From: Azolla caroliniana
Taxonomy: Eukaryota; Plantae; Polypodiophyta
Direction of reading: 5' to 3'
Length of the DNA stretch: 64,000 nt
Assembly: GCA_043228905.1 (NCBI GenBank)
Contig: JBHGNT010000020.1
Span: forward strand, 11,222,001-11,286,000
Position 1 is the first letter of the stretch, and every line of letters begins with the position of its first letter. Below are positions 51,173 to 64,000 of this stretch, in pieces. A model generated the notes under the pieces. The model was not told the DNA's origin and ran no database searches. It worked only from the letters and a program-made list of their open reading frames with translations. The position numbers and the translations under genes are program-made.

Positions 51173-54100
51173 TGTTGAGATATCGGTCCCTCTGGATGGG
51201 TATTAGTTAAGCCGGATCGGATGATCCAGAGGAAGAAGCGAGATCAGATGGATCCAGAAGGATTTTAGAAGCCGAACCGGATGGAACCGGAATGAGTCCG
51301 GCCGGATCTGGTATGAACCGGATCTATAAATATGTTTCTTAGGGACCGTTGAGGCCACATTTGTAAATAGCCCGTAAATTATATGAGTATAAATATAACT
51401 AGGGCATATGTGTGTGTTAGATGAGAGTTGTTGTTATTGCTATATAGAGAGGGAGAGAGAGGTGAGAGAGATACATAAAGTGTTTCTGTTGTAACCGCCA
51501 TTTGGCAAACATACAGAGCTTGAGGTTGTTGCCTCTAAGACTCTTATTGTAATACCTCTTACCTATAGTGATCCTGTTCGGAGTCAGAGAACTCCCGTGG
51601 TATTTCCTCTCGATGTTTTCCACGTAAAACATCCAGTGTCGTCTTAGTTGTCTGTGTAAGTGCATTCTAATTTTCTGTTTAATCTTCCATTTGCATTGTG
51701 GAACTCGATTGTGGCCGAGCACTATTTCTATCAAATTGGTATCAAAGCATGGAAGATCCATTCGGCCGCATGTTCAAGCTCACCAACCCCAAATACCCAG
51801 TATGGAAGACGATGATGAGGGACATGTTAGTGGTTAACGATCTCTGGCTGCCGGTATAGTTTGGAGAAAAAAGACCGAACAAGATTGATGCCGCAACTTG
51901 GTAGGTGATGCATATGAAGATGACGGCATACATAAGAGGCTTCATCAACATGAGCCTATACAACAACTTCAACGAAGAAAGTAAGGCTCATGTGCTCTAG
52001 GAGAAAATCGGTACCATGCTGGATAGTAAGAATGTTGTGAATCGGGTCTCAGTTTTCCAGAAGTTAGTGAGACTCTGATATCAAGACTGATCCAGTATGG
52101 TGGAGCACATGAATGCCTTCCAAGGTCTTATCAATTAAACAACCTTGTTGGAAGTACCTCTAGCAGGCGAGGTACTCGCTCTACTGCTACTCGGTTCCCT
52201 CCCGAATAGTTGGGAGACTATAGTCATCACTTTGGGCAACGCCAGGCCGGAAGAGAAACACTTATCCCTAACAAGAGTAAAGTCGAGCTTGCTAGATGAA
52301 GAAGCTCGTCGAAAGGACCAGGAATCCAGAAACGATCCAAAGGCCTTAGTTATGGAAGATAACAATAACCAAGGAAGAGGTCGGAATCGGAGGACTCCCC
52401 AGAATCAGGACAAATCGGGGATGAGGTCGAAGTCAAGGGTAAGGCCCACGTGCTTCTATTGTGGGAAGCTAGTTGAGGAGTTCGGATCGGAAAGGAACGA
52501 CAACAATCACAACAAGTGAGGAAGAACTATTGTTCATCACTCGGGAGAATGACTTGCACCTAGTGAGCGATGAGACGACATGGGTTGTCGATTTCAGAGT
52601 GTCGTTCCATCTTATTCCTGACTGGAAATGCTTCTCATCTTATAGAGCCGGTGACCACATTTCCATGCAGATGGGGAATGAAGAATCATGCCGAATTGTT
52701 GGCATAGGAGATGTGTGGTTGACAACACATTCTAGAGGTTCAACACATCCAGATGTGTGCATGTTATTGTTTTGAAAGATGTTCAACACATTCCAGAGGT
52801 TCAACTGAACCTGATATCAGTCGATTGGCTAGATGATGAAGGCTACACGGGTAGCATCTGGAATGGAGTCATGAAGTTCAGCAAAGGGAGTCTGATCATG
52901 GCCCGAGCCCAAAAGATCCACACATTGTACCTTATGCATGCCCAGATATGCCAGGAAGAAGTGAACGTGGTATCCGACACCGCCGGTGAGCTGTGGCACA
53001 AAAGGTTGTGCCACATGAGCCAGAAGGGAATGTGGAGACTTGCCGAAGATAACCTCATTCTGGAAGTGAAAGACGTGCAGCTTGAGAAGTGCACCGACTA
53101 TTTGGCCAGCAAGAAAAACCAAACCTCTTTCCAGTTGAGACCATCGACAAGACGGAAAGAACCACTAGAGCTTGTGCATACCGATGTATGCCATGTGGAC
53201 ACGAAGTCACATGCTCGGTCACAGTACTTCGTGACGTTCATAGATGATCACAGTCGGAAGTTGTGGGTCTCAACGCTAAAGACGAAGGATCGGGTATTAT
53301 CCGTCTTCAAGGAGTTCCACGCAATAGTGGAAAGAGAAACCGGTCAGAACCTAGAAGTAGTTCAAGCTGACAACGATGGAGAGTAACAGGGGTAGTTCGA
53401 GCAGTACTGCTTGTCAAAAGGAATTTGGCTCAAATTTACCATACTGAAGACACCAAAGCTAAACAGATTGGCCAAAAGGATGAACTGGATGGTGATGGAG
53501 AGAGTTCGGATCATGATGGCACATGCTAAGTTGCCCAAGAAGTTTTGGGCTAAGGCGCTGATGATGGCGACCTATGTGATAAACAGATCACCCTCAGCAC
53601 CCTTGGACTGGGACACATCTAAAGGTGTTTGGTTGTCTCGCCTACGTGAATGTTGCAAAGGACAAGAGGGCGAAATTGGATACAAAGTCCTGGCCATGCA
53701 TATTCCTTGGGTATGACGATGATGAGTTTGGCTATTGAGTGTGGGACTTGGTTGACAAGGTGTTCTGGAGTGGAGACATAGTCTTCATGGAAGACAAGAC
53801 AATTGCCTATTGGGAGTCGGAGAAGAAGATAGCTTTCTCCATATCAACCGATAGAAATCGATTGGAAGATCCTAGGACACATCCGGTCGGAAGCCGGATG
53901 TCAATCGAAGACCATGATGAACCAGCTAGTTTCAGACAAGGAACCAAACCAACCGAAGAAGAAGAAGAACCAGACACTGGAACCGTACAAGACCCCGAAT
54001 TGGATTCAGATGAAGACGGAGGAACCGGTGGATCGGTGGTCGAAAACTAGGGACAGAAATATCCTCTAAGAGAGAGAAAGGTCCACCAAAGATTTCCAAA

Positions 54101-56282
54101 TGAAGAGTGAGTACTACTAACCGACGAGGGGTTGCCGAAAAGCTTTGAAGAAGCAAAGAAATACATACACAACGGCAAGTGGTTAAGTGTCATGTAGGAT
54201 GAGATGGATTCCCTGCATGAGAACCACACATATGAATTGACGGGGTTGCCGAAAGGAAAGAGAACGCTCCGGAACAAGTGGGTGTACAAGATAAAATCGG
54301 GAGATGCCGGAAATCCACCAAGATACAATGTGTGGATTGTGGTGAAGGGCTTCCAATAGAAGAAACGAGTGGATTTCAATGAGATCTTTGCCTTGGTAGT
54401 GAAGATGACATCCATCCGGATGGTGTTAAGCATAGAGGCAAGCATGGACCTCGAGGTAGAGCAACTAGATGTCAAGACAACGTTCCTACATGGCGACCTC
54501 GAAGAAGAGATCTACATGCAACAATTGGAAGGATTTGTCAAGAAAGGGGAGCACCTGGTGTGCCGGTTGAAGAAGAGCCCATATGGACTGGAGCAAGCTC
54601 CCAGGTAATGGTAACGAAAGTTCAACTCCTTCATGACCGACCAAGGATACCACAAAACGTAGGCATACCATTGCGTGTTCGTGAAGAAATTTGACGGAGA
54701 CAACTTCCTGATACTCCTACTGTATGTGGATGACATGTTGATCGTCGAACCAGACCAAATCAAAATCGGGAATCTGAAGAAGGCCTTGAACCGGACATTT
54801 TCAATGAAAGATTTGGGTCCGGCGAGACAGATATTGGGGATTCACATAGTCTGGGACCGGAAAAAGAATCTATTGTGGCTATCAAAGGAGAAGTACGTCA
54901 GGAAGGTGCTTCAAACGTTCACCATGTTGGATGCGAAGCCGGTCGGGTTGACACTTACAGTAAACTTTAAGTTGTCCGGGAAACAAAGCCCAAAGCCAAA
55001 GACGAAGAAGTCGGAGATGATGAAGCTACCATATGCCTCTGTCGTCAGAAGCTTGATGTATGCAATGGTGTGTACCAGGCCAGATATCGGATATGCAGTC
55101 GGAGTGGTTAGCTAGTTCATGAGCAATCTAGGAAAAGAGCATCGGGCCGCCGTCAAATGGATACTTTGGTACCTGAAAGGCACCTCGAGCATGTGCCTCC
55201 AATTCGGCTCCGATAAACCCTTATTGAAAGGCTTCACCGATTCGGACATGTCAATTGATGCAGATACCAGCTGGTGTACATTTGGATACGTCATGACATA
55301 TGCAAGGGGAGTTGTATCATGGCAATCGAGGTTGCAGAAGTCCATTGCACTGTCGACAACGAAAGTGGAGTACATGGTGGTTGTAGAAGACGGCAAGGAG
55401 ATGAAGGACTTCATCAGAGAGCTAGGGATCCGACAGAAGGAATACCAACTCTATTATGACAGTCAAAGTGGCATCCACCTTACGAAGAATGCAGCCTACC
55501 ACTCCTGGACTAAGCACATCCAAAGGAGATATCACTATCTTGGGGAGAAGGTAGAAGATAAAGAGTTTTCGCTGACGAAAATCCATACAAAGGAGAACGG
55601 GTCGGATATGTTGACCAAGGTGTTGTCAGCCGACAAGCTGGACTCGTGCCGGAGATGGATCGGGTTGACAAAGACCCCATGCCGGAGTGGAGGGGAAGAT
55701 TGTTGAGATATCGGTCCCTCTGGATGGGGACCAATTGATCCGGATCGGAGGATTTGGAGGAAGAAGCGAGATCAGATGGATCCGGAAGGATCCGGAAGGA
55801 TATCTGGAAGCCGAACCGAATGGAACTGGAATGAGTCCGGCCGAATCCGGCATGAACCAGAAGAGAGACAGATATGTAAATATGTTTCTTAGGGGCCGTT
55901 GACGCCACATTCGTAAATAGCCCATAAGTTATATGAGTATAAATATAACTAGGGCATATGTGTGTGTTAGATGAGAGTTGTTGTTACTGTTTTATAGAGA
56001 GGAGGATAGAGGTGAGAGAGATACAGAAAGTGTTTCTATTGTAACCGTCGTTTGGCGAAGATACAGAGCTCGAGGTCATTGCCTCTGAGACTCTTATTGT
56101 AATACCTCTTACCTATAGTGATCTTGTTCGGAGTCAAAGAACTCCCGTGGTTTTGCCTCTCGAGGTTTTCCACGTAAACATTCGGTGTCGTCTTAGTTGT
56201 CTGTGTAAGTGCATTCTAATTTTATGTTTAATCTTCCATTTGCATTGTGGAACTCCGTTGTGGTCGAGCACTATTTCTATCA
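51173..56282 (+). mobile_element. Ty1/Copia element 3, full-length but decayed: LTRs 51173-51733 and 55701-56282
   Basis: TG..CA LTR pair, PBS TGGTATCAAAGC (iMet) at 51737, PPT ggagtggaggggaaga, TSD AGCGA/AGCAA. Motifs LLGSLPNSW, CFYCGK, LWHKRLCH, LELVHTDVC, LLYVDDML and TKHIQRRYH, in INT-RT-RH order. Confidence 0.95.
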
Positions 56283-57117
56283 AGCAAAGTACCAATCCAA
56301 TTGTAGAATGGCAACACAATTATCCTATGCCAAGTCCGGCATGTACCCGCACTGAAAAGGAGTCTGGTCTCTATCGGTATGTTAGCCGAAGATGAGTGTA
56401 GAACGACTCTCAATGAATCGATGTGGATGATCAGTCGTGGAAACCTAAAAATAGGTAGTGGGCACAAGTACAACAACTTTTATCCAATGATGGTGATCAA
56501 TCCAAGAGGGGCCATGAACGTAGCCGAAAAGATCGACCCGAACCTATGGCATGGCCGACTCAGCCATATGTCTCAAGCTGGCCTAGATCGGCTGATGGCG
56601 GCTGGTTACATTCCAAAACTCCAAGCAAAGATGGACTTCTACGCACATTGTCAATATGGGAAACTGACCCGAAGTTTGCACTCTCTCCATTATGACAACC
56701 CCTAGAGCTCATGCACACATATATATGTGGGCCTATGCCTGAGAGATCACTAGGAGGCTCTCGATACTTCTTCACATTTGTAGATGATTGTACACAGAAA
56801 GTCTGGGCCTATTCGATTAGGTTTAAAGACAAAGTGTGCGAGGTCTTCACTCGGTGGATAACTGAAGTGGAGGACTAGTCAGGATACAGAGTGAAGACTC
56901 TCCGATCCGACAACGGAGGACAATACACCTCTCGAGCCTTCAAATAGTACCCGTCTGAGGGATCCGGCATCAAAAGATTGTTCCATACACACTCAAGCAG
57001 AATGGAATCGTTGAATGGATCAACAAAACGATCCAAGAGAGGGTGACGGCAATGCTCCAACAAGCCGGATTGAAGATGGTGTTCTAGGTTGAAGCATTGC
57101 ATACGGCAATATATCTA

Positions 57118-57825
57118 ATAAATCTATCACTGTCGAAAGCAATAATGCTCGAAGTGCCATAGACACTATGGTTAGGCAAACAGCCAACCTATGGTAGGCT
57201 CCGTATATTTGGATACAAAGCCTACGCATTCATATAAATCTATCACCGTCGAAAGCAATAATGCTCGAAGTGCCATAGACACTATGGTTAGGCAAACAGC
57301 CAACCTATGGTAGGCTCCGTATATTTGGATACAAAGCCTACGCATTCATCCCCAGGAAGAAAAGGACCAAGTTGGCACCCCATGCGACAAAGTGCATATT
57401 TCTTAGTTATGGAACTGATGGGGAATTCGACTATAGGCTATGGGACCCAAAGAACCAGAAATTCATCCGGAGCAGTGATGTAGTCTTCAATGAAGACTCT
57501 ATTCTCTCTTAGCGGAACCAGCAGAAAATAGTGGGCAAAAAGGTCTCTTTCGAAATCGATTGAGAAGTCGTAGAAAGATCAACCCACCGGGCCAAATCAG
57601 AGATTCGACAAATAATCGAACTCGACCAAGCTGACACTACAACTACCAATTCTGAATCGGTAGGAGGTCCACCAGTAGAAAATAGTGGGCAAACATATCT
57701 ATTTTGAAATCGACAGAGAAGTCATAGAAAGATCAACCCACCAGGCCGAATCAAAGATTCGACAAATAGTTGAACTCGACCAAGCTGACACTACAACTGC
57801 CGACTTTGAATCGGTAGGACGTCCA
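57118..57825. repeat. Two tandem duplications inside Copia 4: 116 bp at 57118/57234 and about 154 bp at 57517/57671
   Basis: Direct reading of the repeated units. Confidence 0.85.
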
Positions 57826-60344
57826 CTAATCGAACTCGAAGACAAAGCCATCAAAGACAAAGCCGAATCAACAAGAGTCAAAAAAAGGGAAAGTCAACAA
57901 CTTGCGAGCCAAGAACAACAGAGTCAACCCGACCAGCACACACAAGGCCAAAGGGAAAAACAAAACTGAGTTGGCTAACTCTTCTACCTCTAATTCAACT
58001 AAACCCGAAGAAGGGGAGGATGCCATGACATCACCGAAATCCTACTACAAGGGTGAGTCATCTAACAGGACTCCTGAAGACCGTTCAAGTAATATTGATC
58101 AGCCGGTCAAGTGGACTGGAGAGTTCGAACCAACAACATCGGCACGTAGGAGATCCGGACGAGCTAGAAGACCTACAAAGTTTTATCAACCGGGCCTCGA
58201 CTGCATCAACTACACGGATGCAGGCGAACCAAGTACTTACGAAGAAGCTATAGCCGCATCGAACGCCGACACATGGCTACAAGCCGTGCAATCCGAGATG
58301 GACTCGATTTATCAAAATCAGACACGGGAGCTGGTCAAACTACCAGTCGGGATAAAGCCGCTACCCTGCAAATGCATTTTCAGATACAAATATGTATCCA
58401 ACTCCGAAAAGCCCAAATACAAAGCTCAGCTCGTCGCGAAAGGGTTCAAACAAGAACATGGGGTCAACTATGATGAGATATTCTCTCCAGTATTCAAGAT
58501 GAACACCCTTCGACTCCTACTCGGGATCATGGTGATAGAGGACCTAGAGCTTGAGCAACTGGACATCAAGACGGCTTTCCTCCACTGAGACTTGGAAGAG
58601 GACATTTACATGTCACAACCGGTAGGCTTCTCAGCGACGGGGGAGGAAAGTCACCTCGTATCAAGAAAGTCACCTTGTATGTCGATTGAAGAAAAGTCTA
58701 TATGGCTTAAAACAAGCATCGAGGATGTCGTATCAGAAGTTCGACTCCTACATCCAACAACTCGACTACAACCGATCTGACTCCGACCCATGTTTATATA
58801 CTCGGCAACTGGCCGATGATTCTCGGATCTATCTGATCCTATACGTTGACAACATGCTAATAGTAGGGAGCAATCAAGTTGAAATCGGAAAGCTAAAGCA
58901 GAGCCTTCACGACAAGTTTGCAATGAAGGAACTCGGACAGGCCCGACACATACTAAGCATGAGGATTGAGCGATATCGAATGACAAAAACTCTCTGACTC
59001 TCCCAGTCTAACTACATCCAAAAGGTGCTCAAGCGCTTCAACATGGAGAATGCAAAGCTAGCACCAACACCGCTTCCGACGTCGATCTGACTATCAGACA
59101 GAGACTCTCCTTTGACGGACGAGGAGAAAGATTTGAATGGAAAGATACCCTAGCCATCAGCCGTAGGAAGTTCCATGTACGCGATGGTGGCGACCCGACC
59201 CGACCTTGCATATGTCGTAGGGGTTGTCAGCCACTACATGTTGAACTTAGGATGGAACCACTGGGAGGTCATCCAGCACATCATCAAGTACCTAAGAGGG
59301 ACCGAGGATGCACAATTGACTTTCGGATCGACAAACCCGACCGAAGTTAAAGGCTACACCAACTCCGACTATGTCAGGAACTCGGACAATCAGAAGTGGA
59401 CATCAAGCTTCATCTGCACCTATGGTGGCAGTGCCATATCATGGAGGTCGAAGCTTCAAGAGTGCATGGCGTTGTCTTTCACACAAGCAGAGTATATAGT
59501 AGTATCGGAGGCAGCGAAGGAAGCAATATGGTTGCACCGACTAACTGCCGAACCAACCGACCAAGGCCAACCATATAGTGTGACTCACGGAGCGCAATAC
59601 ACATCATCAATAATCGTGTCTATCATGCGAAGACAAAGAATATTGAGGTGCGGTATATATATCCGGGAGCTAGTAACTAAAAAGAAACTCGAAGTCTAGA
59701 AGATCGACACCGAGGTGAACATCGTTGATTGCCTAACGAAATCACTCCCAGATCAACGCTTCAGAGCACTGAGGACAAAGATGGGACTATGACAAGAGAT
59801 CAAGACAAACAGAGCCGAGCAAGGAGCAGAAGGTAAGATGATCCAACTGTTTCAGAAAAACCGATCTGAACGACTACTCGAATCAGGCTAGATATTTATT
59901 CTACCTCTACCAACTCGGTTATACGTTGACTAACTTGTAATATAAATTTAGATCAACTACATAATCTAAGTTTACGGGGGAGATAACACCAATCACTTGT
60001 ACATGTAGAAAAGAGTAGTCCTTTTACGGGGGAGTTTGTTGGCATAAAAGGCCCACTCCTTCCACTTTGTATCCTTATTAGTGTGAACACGTTCAATAGT
60101 TAGGGCTTGAGTATATAAGCCCTAAGCTAACGTTGTAATACGAGTTGCTTGATTATTCTTGTATCTTGAATCTTTGAGTGTAGAGTTGCAAACAGAGAAC
60201 GAAATAATAGAGCTTCCATTAATGCTTAAGAGCGTGTCCATCTTCTGTTCATCTTCTTGCCTTCATTCTTTCCGTTGTTGTTTGCTGAGCATAGTTAGAC
60301 AGGTCCTCACACACACACTTCTGTGCACACCTAAGCAACATTGG

Positions 60345-62160
60345 TTGTCAACAAATATAATAGTGGAGGCATGCTGACTTGCTAGACTCCCCTCGTTCGA
60401 TGCCAACTACGGTTGCTCGTGTTGTCTCTCTGGTTCATTCCTTGTTCGAGGGTTGTATTGGTATTGCCTCCTGTGTCAAGGCTTGTGGTGATTGTCCCTT
60501 CGGTTGTTGTTTGGTGGAGGTCGGCGATTGTCAGTCTGATTGTCCTCCAATCGTCGTTGATTTTGGGGCCTTCGATTATCTCCATAGTTCCGTGGCTCGA
60601 CGAATCCACCCCTATTGTTTGTAGTTTATCGTCTATCATATCGGGGTGCATAGTAATTTTCATATCTATCCCTATCATCTCTTCTATAGTCGTCCTCCCA
60701 ATATCTTGTTATGAATATGTCGCCGGCCACAACCGATCAACATGTGAATATGAGAGAGACGCAGAGATTCAAACAACGATAGACTAGAACGAAGTACGGA
60801 GACACAGATATTTTAACATGGAAATACCTGAATGGGAAAAGCCATGGGAGTCCACCAACTCCAAAAATAATAATCACTATAGTAGGAGGAATATACAATA
60901 AGAAGCTCCAACACAACAGCTCTTCTTCGTCCACAAACGGTTACAAAGTTACAACTCTTGCTCTCGTTCTCTCCCACACACTAGTTACAATGAGTATAAC
61001 ACTAACTGTTGCATCTTCATAATGAATTGCCCTAGGTGTATTAGTATCTGTGAGCTATTTACAAAAATGGCCTGTCTTAGGCATACCCAAAACATATTTA
61101 CAAATTTGTCCACTTCCAAATACTTCTCCAGATCTGACTGTCTTAGGCATACCCAAAACATATTTACAAATTTGTCCACTTCCAAATACTTCTCCAGATC
61201 TGACTAGATGCCTTCCGGCCGATCCGGCTTGCACTCTTTCCCATCTAAAGTTTGTTCTCCCCATCCGGAGGGACATGTTTCCCAACATATCTATACTTTG
61301 CCAGCCAGGGTTTCTCGACATATCATGGCTGGTCATTGTCCCTGTATTAGGCCAGTTGTCGAAAACAGTCATCTGTCCATATCCGATCGTTCTGTGGATC
61401 GATTTGTTGTACTAGGGCAGCTGCTCTATTCAATAGGTTGTACAGCACGGCTCGAGTGTGTGTGCTCACGAATGGCAAATTGGACAGTGACTCCTTAATA
61501 TGCATTCAACTGCCAAATGGTTTGGGTTGAGGCAAGTTGTGCATAAATCGGATCCCATCATGCTTTGGTAGGGCCCACTGTAATGATGCCATTGACATGT
61601 TGTTACTGGTATGGGCATTGTCGATAACCAACACCCGGTCGATGACTTCCTCAAGCAATTTCTCTGAGAAATCTACAACCACCAGAGTCGTTCGAAGCGG
61701 CTCTCTTAGCATTGTCAAGAATGTCTCCTTCAGTTCCTCTGTTGGGGGCGGGCGGACCAATTGCCGCCTAAGATTTGTCCTTCCAGTGACAAGCCGAACT
61801 CAACGATTTTTGACGCATTCGCATCGGCGTCAACTAGGTAGGCGTTGTGATACGTGGTTAGCCTGCCACGTTGTTAAAAAAGAGTGTACATGCACCTCGA
61901 CATCGGCTTCATCGTTGTACCTAGGGTATGGGTACAACATTGTGTCGATGTCTTGATCTATACCCCTCTTGGTGGTTTGCTTTCTTGGTTGGTGGATTGG
62001 TCGGCTTTTTTCGGGATGCTTGACCTAAGAACTACTACCGCTAGTTGTTACCAGATCGGGAAGCGTTGTCGTCGACTGGGCTTCCGACTCCTATTGGTGT
62101 TGCTTAGTGAGTGTTGAGTTAGTCACCCTTTCTTCATTCCCTCATCAGCTAGATGACATC
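60345..62160 (-). pseudogene. gag relic of element X, split by a solo LTR
   Basis: Retrotransposon-gag-like PPTEELKETFLTMLREPLR, tandem zinc knuckles CTTCLNPNH...C and CPICHS..H...C, and an R/N/D-rich tail. Lies directly inside the right LTR. Confidence 0.65.
60707..61320 (-). mobile_element. Probable solo LTR with an internal 66-bp tandem duplication (61072-61205)
   Basis: TG..CA ends, imperfect TSD TATCT/TATCA, and a Copia-LTR-like acatggaaatacc...gggaaaagccatggg motif related to the Copia 3 LTR. Confidence 0.6.
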
Positions 62161-62734
62161 CATCCTCCTGTTGTTCTTTGTGTCTTCACAAATCGAACCA
62201 AACGTGCCAAACCAGACCCTTCAGCATAACACGAGATCAGATACTCTCTCCTTTGGTATCCGAATCAAGGTATTGTGGTCGGGGGATGGGAGACTCTGAC
62301 AGGTTATACATGGTAGGTAGTGCACGATACACCCAAACATAACAAGGTAAGTTCACACAGAACTATAGCTGATCAGATTGTAATATGTTCTTAACATAAT
62401 ACCTAAGCTGGCTACAACCGACTGGCTAATTACAACACACAGTTAAACAGAGTCGCTTAGCACACCGACACAGCATATAAGCAAACGAATATTCTATTAA
62501 ACGACTGACTCAATACAACTGATGAAACTTTGTACAAGGCTGCATGTCCCTTTTTATAGGGAGCATGGACTGTTATATCAAGAATGTAAACCACTACTAC
62601 TTCCTCTAATTATTGTACATGCGTTACATTTGTTCCTCTCGTCTCAGCTTCCTGTCTGGCCCCACCCATCTTGGTTTCCATCCACACTTGTCCCTTTGGC
62701 CCTTTCACACCTTGGCCGTCCTTACCGGCCAACA

Positions 62735-63360
62735 GTAGTCGAAGAAACGAGTAAGTCGAAGAAAGCAATCGAAGAAACAAGTTAGTCAAAGAAATGAGTT
62801 AATTGAAGAAGGAAGTCAAAGAAACGAGTTAGTCGAAGAAAGAAGAGCAATCAAAGAAATGTGGAAGTTTAGGGTTTGAAGTCGAAGGAACCCCTTTTAG
62901 TCGAAGGTAGGGGTGGGGGTAAGTCGAAGGTTAGAGATGCACAAAGAGAAGTAAACGCTCGTGGAGCACGAAATTACGGAGGTTTGCCAATGCAAACTAG
63001 ATTGTCTTGGACGCTTATACAAGAGAGATTAATCACGTGACTAAGGCGATGAGTACAAGTTTATGACAAAATGACCTTGTATTAAGAAGTAGATGTTAGA
63101 TTACGTCAAGAGGGCCCTTTATAAAATAGGGTTTACAAGATACAAACGGGAGGGGATACAACGACGGTAACCTCAAGTTAACCATGAGCTCAAGCAAGAG
63201 AGAGAAAGTGAAAGGAGTGAAGTTTTCGTTGTAGGCGAGTTGATTGGGCTACCGAGATTGCAACTACCTCCGATGGCTACGATGCCTCGAATCGAGCTAG
63301 AGTTTTCGTGCCACTTTGTTCTCCTTATGAACGACTAGTATACTAACTTGTCGTCTCCTC
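62735..63360. repeat. Right part of the older host repeat (gtcgaagaaa array, LTR-like ccctttataaaatagg)
   Basis: Continues the repeat unit seen at 20454-20514. The right boundary is uncertain. Confidence 0.45.
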
Positions 63361-64000
63361 ATTACCTTCACTCAAGCATCGAAAACCTAGGCTAAGAAGA
63401 GTCCAAGAAGAAAAGAACACCCAAGAAGACCCCACGCAAACTCAAAGACGACGAAGATGATCATTCCCAATCTCACAAAAACACCGAAGAAGACCGTCCA
63501 AAACTGAGAATGAAAGCAGAATGCTCCAAAATAAGCCCTCCCTACTATAAAAGAAGAGAGGCGCCTCATTTGTATTAAATGCAAATGTCCCTTTCCCCAT
63601 ATAAAAGTAACAAAAAAAAGTATGTTTTAATGCAACCATTATAGTAGAGAATCAAACTCTTCACCTCCTACACACATTAAATGGCCCTTTTCTAACACCT
63701 ATATGCTATGGCGAATGGAACTACTACACACCCTGACAAAGCTCGTTCCCTCTCGATTTCTGGACTAGGCGCACGTGCACAAAGATTATTGCAATGTTGC
63801 TAGCGTCCTAGCTTGGCATTATGAGTAATACCATGATGCTCACAATTGTGCTTACGCTCCATTGAAGTTCGTATTAGACTCGCGACGAGTCGCACTTGTC
63901 ATGGTGTTCTACTAACAAACACATAATTATACCTTGACAAAGTTCATTTGTATATATCCCAACCTTCCAATTCAAACATAGGCTAAGAGTTGAACTCAAT

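Larger units (their letters stand above)
51069..60340 (+). mobile_element. Ty1/Copia element 4 (5'-truncated; 3' LTR about 60037-60340), interrupted by Copia 3
   Basis: Protease VQLGNGQECKI continues after Copia 3 as VRHVPALKRSLVSIG. Then LWHGRLSH, LRSDNGG, KYKAQLVAKGFKQ, LYVDNML and ISWRSKLQ. PPT ttacgggggag. Confidence 0.88.
20515..62734 (-). mobile_element. Outer LTR retrotransposon X (probably Ty3/Gypsy, pol missing) enclosing the whole nested island
   Basis: Homologous LTRs at 20515-21549 (split by a solo LTR) and about 62215-62734. Outer ends are TG..CA, TSD is GTGGT/GTAGT, each LTR has a minus-strand TATAAAAA, and a gag relic lies next to the right LTR. Confidence 0.75.

Noticed and set aside
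62195-62215. PBS of element X (minus-strand TGGTTTGGCACG)
   Set aside because: Could not be matched to a tRNA, and the adjacent LTR end differs from the other LTR, so the junction is probably damaged.

Overview
Eukaryotic land-plant genomic DNA. The TE lineages and gene style suggest a non-seed plant such as a fern, but this is inferred, not shown. Bases 1-20 kb are AT-rich and hold a decayed L1/Tx1-type LINE (with a small TG..CA inverted-repeat insertion that carries a tRNA-like core), a hAT-type MITE, a 3-exon NAC transcription factor gene (+) and a convergent 4-exon TMEM18 gene (-). Bases 20.5-62.7 kb form one nested retrotransposon island: an outer minus-strand LTR element (TSD GTGGT/GTAGT, 42 kb apart) contains four Copia elements or fragments, a solo LTR and five insertions from one unusual Ty3/Gypsy lineage. 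That lineage is the most notable system here. It has a tRNA-Trp PBS, an FLDD reverse transcriptase, no chromodomain, a candidate -1 frameshift pseudoknot between protease and RT, a covarying hairpin before the PPT and a large non-autonomous partner. Its 4-bp target sites have a central CpG in all five insertions. All TE reading frames are interrupted by stops or frameshifts. Coordinates were read by eye and nothing was computed or searched.
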